From contig OY970320.1 in NCBI GenBank assembly GCA_963716745.1, positions 3,136,001-3,200,000 on the forward strand: 64,000 nucleotides of DNA, given 5' to 3'. Shown here one piece after another: positions 27,818 to 40,338 of the stretch. The stretch's first letter is position 1. The number at the start of each line of letters is the position of its first letter. The notes beneath the pieces are model-generated. The model saw nothing but the letters and a program-made list of their open reading frames with translations, did not search any database and was not told the origin of the DNA. Source of the stretch: an uncultured Gemmatimonadaceae bacterium. Lineage in GTDB: Bacteria > Gemmatimonadota > Gemmatimonadetes > Gemmatimonadales > Gemmatimonadaceae. The translations under genes were made by a program, and so were the position numbers.

Positions 27818-30243
27818 TTACTCAGCCCGGATCGCTTCCAGCGGATCGATACGCATTGCGCGAGCGGCAGGCGCGGCAGTGGCGACGAGTCCAACGGCGA
27901 GCAGTCCCGCCGCGACTGCCACGAGCGTGACAGGATCATCCGGTCCGATGCCGAATAGCACGCTCGCCAAGAGCCGATTCGCGGCGAGGGCGAGACCGGC
28001 GCCGAGCGCGAGGCCGGCGCTCACCGGCACGAGGCTCTGCCGCACGACGAGTCCCGCCACCGCGCCATTCGGCGCCCCCAATGCCCGGCGGATCCCGATC
28101 TCGGGGGCGCGCCGCGCCACGTTATACGATGCCGCGCCGAAGATGCCGATCGCCGAGAGCGCGATCGCGAGGAGCCCGAATGCACCGAGTATGATGGCCC
28201 GGTCCCGCTCCGGTGCGACGGAATCAATGCGCACTTGGCCGAATGATCGGATCCGGAAAACCGGAGCGGTGTTGTCCAGTCCGTGTACGGATGCACGGAT
28301 CGTCGCCGCTATGCTCGTCTCGCTGGCGGAACCTCTCACGACAATGCTGAGGTATTCCGACGGCTGCTGTGCGAAGGGATAGTAGACCTGTGGCACCGGC
28401 CTACTCCTGAGCGAGAACGAGTGGATCGTGTGAACGACCCCGACGATCGTTCGCGGATCGCCCCCGACGGACACCGTCTCGCCGAGCGGATTCGCCCCGG
28501 CCCAGTAGCGCTTCGCCATCTCGTCGCTGATGATCGCGACGGAGGGTGCGCCCATCCCATCCCGCTCATCGAAGTCGCGTCCGCGAACGAGCGCGAGTCC
28601 CATGGTTCGAAAGTAGCCTGGCGAGATCGGCTCGAGATCGGCGAAAAGATCCTGCAGTTCCGCCGCCGGAACGGTCGAGCCGCTGATCTGTGCTTGGATC
28701 ATGAGTGACGCTTGACCACCCAACGGGAGATTGCTCACCAATCCCGCCGAAGTGACTCCCGGCGTCCGTCGGATCCTGGCAAGGATGTCGTTCGCGAATG
28801 CCGCGCGCAGCGCCACCGTCGGATACTTCACGGGCGACATGCTGATCTCGGCTGTGACAACGCTCGCGGGCAGCACGCGATCTTGATCGAGCATTCTTGA
28901 AAGGCTCTGGATCACGAGCACGGCGCCGGTCAAAAGGACGAAGCAGAGCGCGACCTGCGCCGTGAGAACGACTTGACGCGTCCTGAGCCCCATTCGAGAA
29001 AGCCCAGCCCGAGCGGCGCCTGGAATACCCTGCGCCTGGCGGCGCAAGATCCCGGCCGCGATCGCTCCCGCAACGAGGCCGGAGAACAGCGAGATCCCCA
29101 GTGTAATGGCATACGCCCGCACGCCGAGTTGTACGTCGCCGAGATCTGAATGTTCAACGACCCCCGAGGCGACCAGGCTGCGCGCGCAAATGAGAGCGAT
29201 CACGAGCCCGGCCAGCCCCCCGAACAGCGACAAGACGAGCGGCTCCGCCATCAGCTGCGCTCTGAATCCGGGCCGGCGTGCCGCCGAGTGCGATGCGAAC
29301 TCTCATCTCGTCCAGGCGCGAACTCGCGCGCGCGAGGAGGAGGCTCGTCACGTTCGCCGTCGCGATCAGCAGAAGGAGACCGGCCATGGTCGCCAACAGG
29401 CGCAAGCTGTCCAACCGATCGTGAGAGAGACTGGAGCGAAGAAGGGTCACCAGCACTCGGGCATCGTACCTCGGCTTGGGGTTCATCAGCCCCGCAATTT
29501 GTGCGGCGAGGAGGTCGACCCGGCGCTGCGCTTGCTGCGATTGAACTCCGGGCCGCAGGCGCGCAACGATCGTCTCGAGGAGCGCGATCTTCAGGAAGCT
29601 TACCTGTGACGGGTCGAACGGCACCGACAGCGGGATCCAGGCCTCCGTCTCGCCGGGAAAGCGGAAGTCCCGGCGGCATGATGCCGACGACCGTGAACGA
29701 TCCGCCGCTCAGCTGGATCACGCTGCCGATAGTGCTCGTTGCGCCTCCGAAATCGCGCCGCCACAGCCCGTCACTGATCACGACGACGTTTCCGTGAATG
29801 CGGCACACGGTCTTCCGGCAGGAACGCGCGGCCGGCGGCGGGTGCGACCCCGAGCACCGAAAAGAAGCCTGGCGTCGCCAGAGTGATCTTGATCCGCTCG
29901 GCACCATCCGCAGACTGGAGATTGGCTGCGCCGGGGGCATATGAGGCGACGCTCTCGAACACATCGCTCTGCGCTTCCCAATCGAGGAGATCGGGAACTG
30001 ATCGCGAGGCGCGATCAGGGTCGCCCGAGCCGTTCGCATTCTCGAGCACCACGATCCGATCCGGTTGGCTCAGAGGCCCCGATTGAAAGAGGACCGTATC
30101 GGCAACGAGAAAGACTGCGACATTCGCGCCGATCCCGAGCGCGAGCGTGGCGATCGTCGCCAGCGCGAAGCCGGGCTGTCGCGCTAGGCGACGGGCGGAG
30201 TCATAGAGGTCGGAGACGAGTCCGCCCGGCAACTGCGGCCATG
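27818..30243 (-). CDS. MacB-like duplicated ABC permease (ADOP type), several frameshifts
   Basis: TLALGIGANVAVF, LLIATANV, EIGIRRALGA, RIDPLEAIRAE spread over four ORF pieces. Confidence 0.8.
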
Positions 30244-30344
30244 TCCAAGAAAACTTCCAGCTCAAAGAAGCTCCCTACGGTGCGGACGCACGGATCGACG
30301 GGCGCGAGGTGCTGAGGTCTCTTCCACACGGATCGCCGCGGTCG

Positions 30345-30743
30345 CTAGTGGTCGCGAATCGAGAGGCCGGTCGCGGTGGAGGCGATCTCCACTCGGGCGC
30401 CGTCGGCCCAAAGGCGCGTCTGCTCGCGCCACGGCAGTGACGTCCAACTTTCCATCACCGAGCGCGCGGAAGTCGGCTGTCTTTATCCCGGGGCCGAGGA
30501 CTACGTTTGCGGGGGTCGATGCCTCGAGCCGTGCGTCGGTGGCCCATCCGCGCATTTCGCGGGGCGACCAGCCGCGCCTCACCGCCGGTGACATCGAGCG
30601 TAAAGCGGACGGGCGTGGCTGGGGTCGGTGGATTTGACGCGGACGGTCACTTGTTCGCCGATCGGCCGCGGCACTGGAGTGAAGCAACCGATCAAGAGGG
30701 TGCCGAGCAATACGCCGATGATGTGCGCGAATCTCTGAGGCAC
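30345..30743 (-). CDS. Putative lipoprotein (frameshifted)
   Basis: RBS GGAGGT, GTG start, MPQRFAHIIGVLLGTLLIG-C lipobox; frame breaks downstream. Confidence 0.45.
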
Positions 30744-30912
30744 GGCTCACCTCCCGGTCGAGATGTCGATGGCGACGCCATAAGATTATGCAGTGCTCGC
30801 TCCGTCGTCGCAATGAACACATTCGAGAATGTCCGGTTCTTTGGGCCAAATTTGGATGCGGACTGTCGTTGGCGGAGGCTCGCTATTCCCCGCTTCCTTG
30901 ATGGGTCAATCA

Positions 30913-31357
30913 ATGTCGACTGCTCGCCATTTCCTGATCGCTTTTGCTCTGCTCGTGCCAGTTGCCGCTCTGCGGCCAGTGTCAGTGCGGAACCTCGCGA
31001 CATCGAACCTCCTGTGCAGCCGCGACCAATTCAACCGACGGCGTGGGGTACCATATTAAGGAGATTGTTTCAAGCACTGACACGGCAACGGCGCGCTACC
31101 GCGCACTCCTCGGCCTCCCGCAGATGGCGAAGACTGCGGTAACCGTTGACGTCGCGAGCTCGGATTGCGGCCGGCTCTTGACCGCGTATCAAGCCGCAGG
31201 CGGATACCCTGCCGCGCATGGGCAGCTTTTCGTGTGGCGGCTCGCGAATGGGATTTACTACGCCGCGTACGATCCATACGGCGTTCCCGGCACCAGAGCG
31301 GTGCTCTTCTTTCGAGCGGATTGGACCTTCCTCAGCATGATGCCGACCGACTACTGA
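30913..31357 (+). CDS. Exported hypothetical protein (frameshift near 31020)
   Basis: MSTARHFLIAFALLVPVAA signal in one frame; body continues in ORF 30944-31357. Confidence 0.5.
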
Positions 31358-31415
31358 GTATCGCGGGCATCCATACCTAAGTCGCCGCGGTCCCAGGGCG
31401 AAATCGATGGCCACC

Positions 31416-31446
31416 CAAGAAAAAGCCCGCACTTTCGCGCGGGCTC
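31416..31446 (-). terminator. Intrinsic terminator of tRNA-Ser(GCT)
   Basis: Minus strand AGCCCGCGCGAAAGTGCGGGCTTTTTCTT. Confidence 0.75.
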
Positions 31447-31457
31447 AGACTTCCTGA

Positions 31458-31548
31458 CGGAGCGGGAGGGATTCGAACCCTCGATAGAGGTTTAAGCCCC
31501 TATGCCGGTTTAGCAAACCGGTGCCTTCAGCCTCTCGGCCACCGCTCC
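31458..31548 (-). tRNA. tRNA-Ser (anticodon GCT); TCA in place of encoded CCA
   Basis: GGAGCGG..CCGCTCC-G acceptor; CCGGT-TTGCTAA-ACCGG anticodon arm; long variable arm; GGTTCGAATCC. Confidence 0.95.
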
Positions 31549-31644
31549 TATGTGCCAGACGCTATACGCGCCTTTTTTTGTAGTTGCATGGCGTTGCCGA
31601 GCGGCGAAGTCTAGCCGCCCGACACCACTTGGGCAACGACTTAA

Positions 31645-32718
31645 CTACTTCCTCACGCACACCGTCAGCGTATGCGCCAGCCCGATATGGTCGGTCTCGC
31701 TGCTCGATCCGTAGCCCCGCGCGCTCGATACAATCGTGCATCACCTTCGAATGGTACAGCTGACTATTCCCATTGGCGATGCACGTGAAGTACAGCGAGA
31801 TCTGCTGCAGGCAGAACGCGGCGTTCTCGAAGAGCTGGCGGTCCCAGTACGTCTCGAGGATCAGCAGTTTCGCCTCTGCTGACATCGCATTCACTGTCTT
31901 CCGCAGGATGGAGACGATCTCATCCTCGGAGAAACAGTCGAGGAACTGGCTCATCCAGATCACGTCGTGGCCGGAGGGCAGGGCGCTGCTCTCCAAGAGT
32001 ATGTCCACTGGATAGCCGCTGATGCGCGACGACAATCCGTGCTGCGACACGTTGTCGATCGCGAGATCCAGCTGCGCCGGCAAGTCGCACATCGTGACGG
32101 CGACATTGGGCGAATGGGCCGCGCACGCCAGCGCCCACTTTCCGGTATTCGCCCCCACGTCGAGCAGCCGTTGCACCGGCCGCTCGAATACCAGCGGCAG
32201 CGCCTCCTCGAATGCCTGCGTCGAACAGAAGTGCTCGAACGCGAACCAGCTGCGGCGCACCGGCTCCGGCAGCGTCGCGAGCGCCGCGTACACGGTCGCA
32301 TGATCTCCGTCGAGCTCGCGCAATCCCACCGGCGTGCCCTGCGTGATCGCTTCCGTCAGGTGATATAGCCCCTTGTAGTTGACATCGTGAACGAAATCCA
32401 TGTTCACGCGAGTCATCCTGTCGTGCAGCACGAACTGCGCCGTGCGCGTGGTGCTGTACCGCCCATCGTTCACGATGAGCAGGCCGATCCCGAGACCCGC
32501 CTCGAGGAGCACGCGCACGCCGTACGGCGGGAGCCGCAAGTTGCGCAGACGATCTCCTCCTGCGTGGCGCCGGCCCGCCTGCGCGTCGACGGCCTCGAGG
32601 ATGCCGAGATCGCGCAGCGCCTGCGACGCCTGGAACACGATCGGCGCGAACGCGATGTGCTGCGCCGCCGCGTGATCGACTCCGCCGCCGATCGCGTGTC
32701 CTTCTCGAAGAAGCGCAT
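31645..32718 (-). CDS. SAM-dependent methyltransferase, ApeB-like (frameshifts near both ends)
   Basis: IAFAP..FQ; LLDVGANTG; WMSQFLDCF; ETYWDRQ. Confidence 0.8.
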
Positions 32719-33960
32719 CCGCGCTCGTAGCGCTTGAAGATCAGCGACGTGTTGATGCCGCCGAACGCGAAGTTGTTGCTCATCACGTGCTCGCACTCGA
32801 TGCGGCGGCCCGTCGCCGACAACGATAGTCGAGCGCGGCGCACTCGGGATCGACGTTCTCGAGGTTGATCGTTCGGCGCGAACCAGCCGTCGCGCATCAT
32901 CTCGATGCTCATCCACGCCTCCAGCGCGCCGCACGCGCCGAGCGTGTGCCCCATGTAGCTCTTCAGCGTGCTGACCGGCGTCCGCCCGCCGAACACGGCG
33001 CATGTCGCCACGCTCTCGGCGACATCGCCCTGATCGGTCGCGGTGCCGTGCGCGTTCACGTAGCCGATCGCCTCCGGCGGCAGCTCGCGCGTCGTCGAGC
33101 GCGAGCTCCATCGCCGCCTGCATCGTTTCTGCGTTCGGGGAGGTGACGTGGCTGCCGTCGCAGTTCGTGCCGAACCCCACGATCTCCGCGTGAATCCGCG
33201 CGCCGCGCGCGAGCGCGTGCTCGAGATCCTCGAGAATCAGCGTGCCCGCGCCCTCGCCAAGCACGAGACCGTCGCGGTCGCGCGTCGAACGGCCGCGGCG
33301 TGGTCGCCGGCGCGTCGTTCCGTCCGCTCGTGGCGAAGAGCGTGTCGAAGATCGCCGACCTCGCGCGCGTCGAGCTCCTCCGCGCCGCCGGCGACCATCA
33401 CGGTCTGACTTGCCGCTTCCTTGATCGTCTCGTACGCATAGCCGATCCCCTGGCTTCCCGACGTGCACGCGCTGCGACGTGGGGATGATGCGGCCCGTGA
33501 TGCCGAAGAAGCACGCCGATGTTCACCGCCGCCGTGTGGCTCATCATCTTGAGATACGTGGTGGCGCTGATCGCCGTCCCCGTTCTTGTCCTAGAGCATG
33601 CGCGTGAAGTCGCCGAGCGCCGATCGGCGATCCCGACGACGATCCGTACGCGATCCCCGTGCGGCCGCTCGTCAGGACCGGGTCGCCGAGCAGCCCGGCG
33701 TCGGCGAGCGCCCACTCGGTGGCGAGCGTCGCCATGAGCGCCACGCGCCCCATGCTGCGCGTGAGTCTTGCGCTTGAAGTGCGGCGGCAGATCGAACGCG
33801 GCGACGCGGCGCGCCAAGGCGCGCGTTCAGCCCCTCGTACTGCGTCCCATTCCTTCATGTATGCGACCGCGTTGCGAAGCTCTCGAGCTGGCGCGCACGG
33901 TGGGCCAGTCGTGGCCGAGCGGGCTGATGCCCGCCATGCCGGTGACGACGACGCGCCGGC

Positions 33961-33964
<4 letters not shown>
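32715..33964 (-). CDS. Beta-ketoacyl-ACP synthase, FabF/ApeR-like (multiple frameshifts)
   Basis: RRVVVTGMAGISPLG, GEGAG, NAHGTAT, KSYMGHTLGACG, NNFAFGG. Confidence 0.82.
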
Positions 33965-34689
<725 letters not shown>

Positions 34690-34700
<11 letters not shown>

Positions 34701-35139
34701 CTCCCGCGAGGAGCGTTTCGATCGCAGCTCCGTGATAGATGCTGATCGTCGCCGAGGCGTTCACGCCTTCGCCGGTGATCCGGCATTCGAACACGGAGAG
34801 CTCCGCATCGCGAGGCGCGGAACGCCGCGCCGTCACGCGCAGCACGCAGCCCAGCGGAAAACACGGCCGATCGCACGCGTAGCGACGCGTCCCGAGCAGT
34901 ACGCCCGAACGCACGGCGCCGCCTGCCGCCGCGCCTCCAGTCCGGCGAGCGCGGCGACCGCCTGCGCCATGTATTCGAGCCCGACCCACGCGCCGACGCC
35001 GCCACTCTCACGCGTACCGCGCGTCGTCGCGAACAGTGACCTCGGCGGTGAGCTCGTCCGCGTCCGCCGTGAGCAGCCGGTCGAGCAGCACGCTCCGGCC
35101 CGAGTGGGGGAGGAGCGTCCGAATGTCGGCTGTGCTCAT
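34690..35139 (-). CDS. Hotdog-fold dehydratase subunit, ApeP-like (frameshifted)
   Basis: LLPHSG..LLD; EYMAQ; GVLLGTR. Confidence 0.75.
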
Positions 35140-35143
35140 CGCG

Positions 35144-36329
35144 CTACTCACGTCCCAGGAGCAGCACCGCGTTCGCGCCGCCGAACGCGAAGGAATTCGA
35201 TAGCGTGAAGCGCGGCGGGTGGCCGAGCGTCTCGCCCGGCGCGACCGGGCGCAGCACCGGCAGTGCCGGATCGGCGACGCCATCCCAGAGATGCGGCGGG
35301 AGCCTCCCGGCGCGATTCTCGTCTTGCATCGTGAGCCAGCAGAAGGCCGCCTCGAGCGCGCCCGCCGCGCCGAGCGCGTGTCCGCTGAGTGGCTTCGTGG
35401 AACTCATCAGGATCGCATCGCCGAGCGTGGCGTGGATGCTCATGCTCTCGGCGGCGTCGTTCTGCGGCGTGCCCGTGCCATGGAGATTGAGATATTCGAT
35501 GTCGCTCGCCGACGCACCGCCTCGAGCGAGCGCTTGCTCGATCGCTTCGCGCGCGCCGAGTCCCTGCGGATCGGGCGCCGAGAAGTGATAGCCGTCGGTC
35601 GTCTCACCCCATCCGCGCAAGCTCACCGTACGCCGGTTCGCGGGTCATGAGGAAGATCGCGGCGGCCTCGCCGAGATTGATGCCGTTGCGATTCGCGGAG
35701 AGCGGATTGCAGCGAGTGGCGCTCACCAATTGCAGCGAGTCGAAGCCGGCGAGCGTGAAGGCGCCGAGCGTGTCCACGCCGCCGGTCACGACGGCGTCAG
35801 CGACGCCGAGCTGGAGCAGGCGCGCGGCGCTCGCGAGCGCCTTCGCGCTCGAGGCGCACGCGCTCGAGATCACGTGCGCGGGTCCCGTGATTCCCAGCGC
35901 ATGCGCGAGCATGCGCGCCGGCGACGCGAGTTCCTGCTGCGCGAGATGGAATCCGGCGGGGAGTCGGCCGTTCGCGAGGAGGCAGCGGATCGCGCCCTCG
36001 CTCTCGCTGATCCCCGAGGTGCTGCTGCCGATGGTCACCGCGACGCGGTGCGCGCCGTAGCGCTCGACGGCGGCGGCCACCGCCGGCGCGATCTGCTCCG
36101 CCGCGGCGGCGGCGAACGCGTTGTTGCGGCTGCGCAGCTCGATCGGCAGCCCATCGAGCGACGGCCGCGGACCATCGTACACGCCGAGCGGCGTCGCGCG
36201 GCCGCGGGAGTGGCGATCGTCCACGACGAGTCCGCTCTCGCCGGCGAAGAGCCGCGCCGCGACGTCATCGGCGCCGGCGCCGAGGGCGCAGACGATGCCG
36301 AGCGCGTTCAGGAACGCGGGGCTCTTCAC
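35144..36329 (-). CDS. Beta-ketoacyl-ACP synthase, ApeO-like (frameshift near 35620)
   Basis: SSACASSAKA active Cys; GINLGE; NLHGTGT; TKPLSGH; SNSFAFGG. Confidence 0.85.
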
Positions 36330-36910
36330 GGCGAATCCACGACGGAATTGATCACGAGGGAATAATCATACTCCGAATTCCGGAGCGTGATGCGCCCCAC
36401 CCACCGCGGCGTGCCGGAGTACGCGATGACCTCCACCTCGCGACCGCTGTTCGTGAGTGTCCGGCGAGTGCCATCGTCGGCGAGCGCCCAACCGGAGGGG
36501 AGTGCCGCGCGGATGGCGTCGATCGGCCAGAGCGCCAGCTGCAGGTCCGTCAGGATGTCCGCGCCCCGGATCTCGGCGGGCAACTTCGCGTGACGCCGCT
36601 CGCACAACGTGCCGTTCGCGAGGGTGAGCGTGAGCACGCGTTGGTCGAATCGCAGCGCGACGAGCGTGAGACTGTCGGGCGCGATGGCGAGCACGGCGTC
36701 GAGGTCCACCGTGTGGCCCGCGGCGGTGATCTGAAGCTGCTGCCGCAGGCCGAGCGAGCGGCCGAAGGTTTTCGGCGCGAGCGCGAGCTGCGAGGCGGCC
36801 GGATGTCGGCGCGGGCGCCGCGCACGGTGCGAGCGCACTCTCGGGAGGCGCCGCACCGGCACAGCCGGCGAGCGCTCCGGCCAGCAGGAGCGCGGTGGCA
36901 CGGCCGATGC
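36326..36910 (-). CDS. DUF3261/ApeN-like protein (5' end frameshifted)
   Basis: ILTDLQLALWP..LPSGW; position in the cluster. Confidence 0.7.
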   Translation of the reverse strand, partial: ASAVPPRSCWPERSPAVPVRRLPRVRSHRARRPRRHPAASQLALAPKTFGRSLGLRQQLQITAAGHTVDLDAVLAIAPDSLTLVALRFDQRVLTLTLANGTLCERRHAKLPAEIRGADILTDLQLALWPIDAIRAALPSGWALADDGTRRTLTNSGREVEVIAYSGTPRWVGRITLRNSEYDYSLVINSVVDSP

Positions 36911-36913
36911 GGC

Positions 36914-38147
36914 TCAGGTGCAGATCTCCGCGAGCGCGGCGAGCCGCCGCTTTGGCTCTCGCACATACGCATTGCTCTCATCCCACGCATAGCCCGCGAG
37001 GATGGCGCAGATCTTCCGCCGGACCTCCGGCTGCGCTCCCTCGTGGAAGAGGATCCGCTGGAATTCGCCCGCGTACCACGAGTCGACGAACGCGCGAAAG
37101 GTGTCGACGCCCTTCTTGAGCGCGCGAGCATAGTCAGCGTCCCAATCCACCGTCTCGCCCGCGAATTGGCGCGCGAGGCAGCCGGCGGCCAGGCTCGCGG
37201 ACTTGAAGGCGATCGTGACGCCGCTCGAGAAGACGGGATCGAGGAACTCGCCGGCGTTGCCGAGCAGCGCGAAGCCGCGGCCGCAGAGGGCGCTCACGTT
37301 CGAGGCGTAGCCGGTGATGTGCCTGGCGGGCGTGTCCCAGATGGCGCGTTCGAGCAGCGCGCGCGACGCCGGATCCTCGAAGAGCAGTTCGCGCAGGCCG
37401 GTCCGTGTCATCGCCGGCATAGCGCGCCAGGAATTCCTGCGAGGCGACGACGCCAATCGACGAGCGGCCGTTGGAGAACGGGATGAGCCAGTACCAGACG
37501 TCCGCATGGATCGGATGCACGATGATCCGGATCTTGTCGCGGTCGAAGGCATCTCGAGCGATCCCGTCTTCGATATGCGTGAAGATCGCGCCGCGCACCG
37601 GGAAATCGGAGGGCCGCTCGAGCTTGAGCAGCCGCGGCAGGATGCGTCCGAAGCCGCTCGCATCCAGCAGGAACGCGGCCTCGACGGCGTAGTCCTCGCC
37701 GTCCGGCGAACGCACGCCCACGACGGGCTGCTCTCCCGCGACATCGACGGAAACGACCTCGTGGCGGAAGCGCACCTCGGCACCGAGCCGTTCCGCTTCG
37801 CGCGCGAGCAGATGGTCGAAGGGCGCGCGCTGCACCTGGTAGGTGGTCCCCCAGCCCTCGGAGTGCTTCTCGCGGAAATCGAAGGACGTGATCCGGCCGC
37901 CGCGCGCGAAGACGGCGCCGTTCTTGTGCTGGAATCCCGCCTCGACCACCGCGCGCAGCATGCCTGCCTCCTCGAGATACGTCATGCTCTGCGGGAGCAG
38001 GCTCTCCCCGATGCTGAAGCGGGGGAAGGTCTCGCGCTCGAGGACGAGGACCTGGCGTCCCTGGCGGCGCAGCATGCCGGCGGCCACCGAGCCGGCCGGG
38101 CCCGCGCCGATGATCAGGATCTCCGTGCGTTCGCGGCGCTGGGGCAT
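36914..38147 (-). CDS. Flavin-dependent halogenase-like oxidoreductase (frameshift near 37400)
   Basis: GAGPAG, FPRFSIGESLLP, WYWLIP, GNAGEFLDPVFSSGV. Confidence 0.82.
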
Positions 38148-38295
38148 CGGGAGTCGCGGATGTCTCGGTGGACGGCGGAGCGAGATCGCGGAGAGCGGCG
38201 GATCGGGACACCATATTATACACGCTGGATTCCGCGCTTGCGCAGCGCGCGCGCGTGCGTGAATCTCTACTGCGCACCCCCGCACTCAGAGGCGA

Positions 38296-39057
38296 ATGCA
38301 TCGCGTGACCCCCGGCACGGCTCAGGAAGTGCGGTTCTCCATCGCGCGCATCGCCGCGTGGGCGCCGGGCATCGAGTCGCCCGCCGAATGGGACGAGTGG
38401 GCGCGGGGCGAGCGCGTCCCGATCGGCGAGACCGTGCCCGCGCTCCGCCAAATGCCGGCGGCGCTCCGGCGGCACGCCGGTCCGATCGGGCGCCTCGCGT
38501 GCGACGTCGCTTATCGCGCGCTCGACGGCGCTATGGACGTGCCGCTGATCTTCTGTTCGCGCTATGGCGAGGCCGCGCGATCGGTGGAGCTGCTCACGCA
38601 GCTCGCGCACGACGAGGTGCTCTCACCCACGTCGTTCAGCCTCTCGGTGCACAACGCGGCGGCCGGCCTCTTCTCGATCGCGCGCCGCGACTCCGCCAAC
38701 TCGGTCGCGATCGCCGCGGGCGAGGCGTCGGCTGCGCTCGGCGTGATCGAGGCCTGCGGCCTGCTCGCGGAAGGGGCGCCGCGGGTCGGGGTCGTGGCGG
38801 TGGACTGGGTCCTCCCCGAGATCTACCATGCGTTCGAGGAACGGGAGCGCGTGCCCTACGCGTGGGCGGCGCTCATCACGCCGCCCAATGCTGGCCGCGT
38901 GTCGCTGCGATGGGAGCCGGCGACCAGCGAAGAGGCGCCGGCGAACGAAAAGCGGCTGCCGGCCGCGCTCGAAGTACTTCGCTTCCTGTTGCGCGATGAT
39001 GCGGATCTCGTGCACACCGAGGAGAATCTGAAATTCACCTGGAGCCGGCGTGGTTAG
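38296..39057 (+). CDS. Ketosynthase chain-length factor, ApeC-like
   Basis: AWAPG, SRYGE, SPTSFSLSVHNA. Confidence 0.85.
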   Translation: MHRVTPGTAQEVRFSIARIAAWAPGIESPAEWDEWARGERVPIGETVPALRQMPAALRRHAGPIGRLACDVAYRALDGAMDVPLIFCSRYGEAARSVELLTQLAHDEVLSPTSFSLSVHNAAAGLFSIARRDSANSVAIAAGEASAALGVIEACGLLAEGAPRVGVVAVDWVLPEIYHAFEERERVPYAWAALITPPNAGRVSLRWEPATSEEAPANEKRLPAALEVLRFLLRDDADLVHTEENLKFTWSRRG

Positions 39058-39832
39058 CAGGCTCGGCCGCTACTGGCGGGTGGTCGGCACCGGCTTCAGT
39101 TTCTTCGTATTCGGGCTCGCCGGATTGGTGCTCGGATTCCTCGTCTTCCCGATCCTGCGCGTGGCGATCCCGGACGCGCAGCGCCGCCGGGCGATGTCGC
39201 GCGAATTGCTCCGCTGGTGCTTCCGGTGCCATATCGCCGTGATGCGCGGCGTGGGCATCATCCGCTACTCGTTCAGGGGGCTGGAGCGTCTGGACCGGCG
39301 CGGTCTCTTGATCGTGTCCAACCACCCGTCGCTCATCGATGCGGTATTGCTGATGGCCTTCATCCGGAATGCGGATTGTGTTATCAATGCGGCGTTGTTC
39401 GACAACAAGTACACGCGCAGCGCGGTGCGCGCGGCGGGCTATATACCGAATCAGCCGTCTGGATTGCCGTTGGTGGATGCGTGCCTCGCTTCGCTCGACC
39501 GCGGAGGGAATCTCCTCTTCTTCCCTGAGTCGCGGCGGACGACCCCGGGGGAACCGCTCCAACTGACGCGGGGCGCGGCGCAGGTGGCGGTCCGCGGAGG
39601 GCGCGATCTCACGCCGGTGGTCATTCACTGCACGCCGCCGCATCTTACCCGGGGCGCGAAGTGGTGGCGTGTACCGTCGCGTCGCGCACAATATACGATC
39701 AGTGTGCAGGAAGACATCCCGGTGCGTCCGTTCGTGGCGCAGTTCGGCGAGCCGGCGCTATCCGCTCGCGCGCTCACCGACCATTTGCACGATTACTTCT
39801 CCAAGGAACTCCTGTCGCATGCCGTCGCTTGA
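39050..39832 (+). CDS. Lysophospholipid acyltransferase, PlsC/ApeD-like
   Basis: NHPSLID (HX4D); FPESRR. Confidence 0.87.
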   Translation: MVSRLGRYWRVVGTGFSFFVFGLAGLVLGFLVFPILRVAIPDAQRRRAMSRELLRWCFRCHIAVMRGVGIIRYSFRGLERLDRRGLLIVSNHPSLIDAVLLMAFIRNADCVINAALFDNKYTRSAVRAAGYIPNQPSGLPLVDACLASLDRGGNLLFFPESRRTTPGEPLQLTRGAAQVAVRGGRDLTPVVIHCTPPHLTRGAKWWRVPSRRAQYTISVQEDIPVRPFVAQFGEPALSARALTDHLHDYFSKELLSHAVA

Positions 39833-40085
39833 AGAGGAAGTGAAGCGTTTGATCATTGAGGCGCTGCAATTGGAGGACGTCACCCCCGGCGACATCGACA
39901 CCGATGCGCCGCTCTTCGGCGACGGCTTGGGGCTCGACTCGATCGACGCGCTGGAGCTCGGCGTCGCGATCCGGAAGCGCTATCGGGTAGAGTTCTCCGC
40001 CGAGGCGAACGACACGCGGCGGCACTTCGCGTCGGTGCGCGCGCTCATGGCGCTCATCGAGGGTTCGCGCGGCGCGGCGACGTGA
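39819..40085 (+). CDS. Acyl carrier protein, ApeE-like
   Basis: GLGLDSIDALEL. Confidence 0.9.
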   Translation: MPSLEEEVKRLIIEALQLEDVTPGDIDTDAPLFGDGLGLDSIDALELGVAIRKRYRVEFSAEANDTRRHFASVRALMALIEGSRGAAT

Positions 40086-40086
40086 G

Positions 40087-40332
40087 ATGACGTCGGACGA
40101 GGCATACGCGATGCTCGTGACCGGCCTCGAGCAGACCTTCGGACTCGACCCGTCGCGGATCACGCGGGAGTCGCGGTTGAGCGAGGATCTCGATCTCGAC
40201 AGCATCGATGCCGTCGATCTCGCCGTGAAGCTGCAAAAGGCGAGTGGCACGCGGATCGCGCCGGACGTCTTCAAGCGCGTGCGAACGGTCGGCGATGTGG
40301 TGGACGCCCTCGCCGCCGCGCCCGTGAGGTAG
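40087..40332 (+). CDS. Acyl carrier protein, ApeF-like
   Basis: DLDLDSIDAVDL..VRTVGDVV. Confidence 0.9.
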   Translation: MTSDEAYAMLVTGLEQTFGLDPSRITRESRLSEDLDLDSIDAVDLAVKLQKASGTRIAPDVFKRVRTVGDVVDALAAAPVR

Positions 40333-40338
40333 GCGGCC

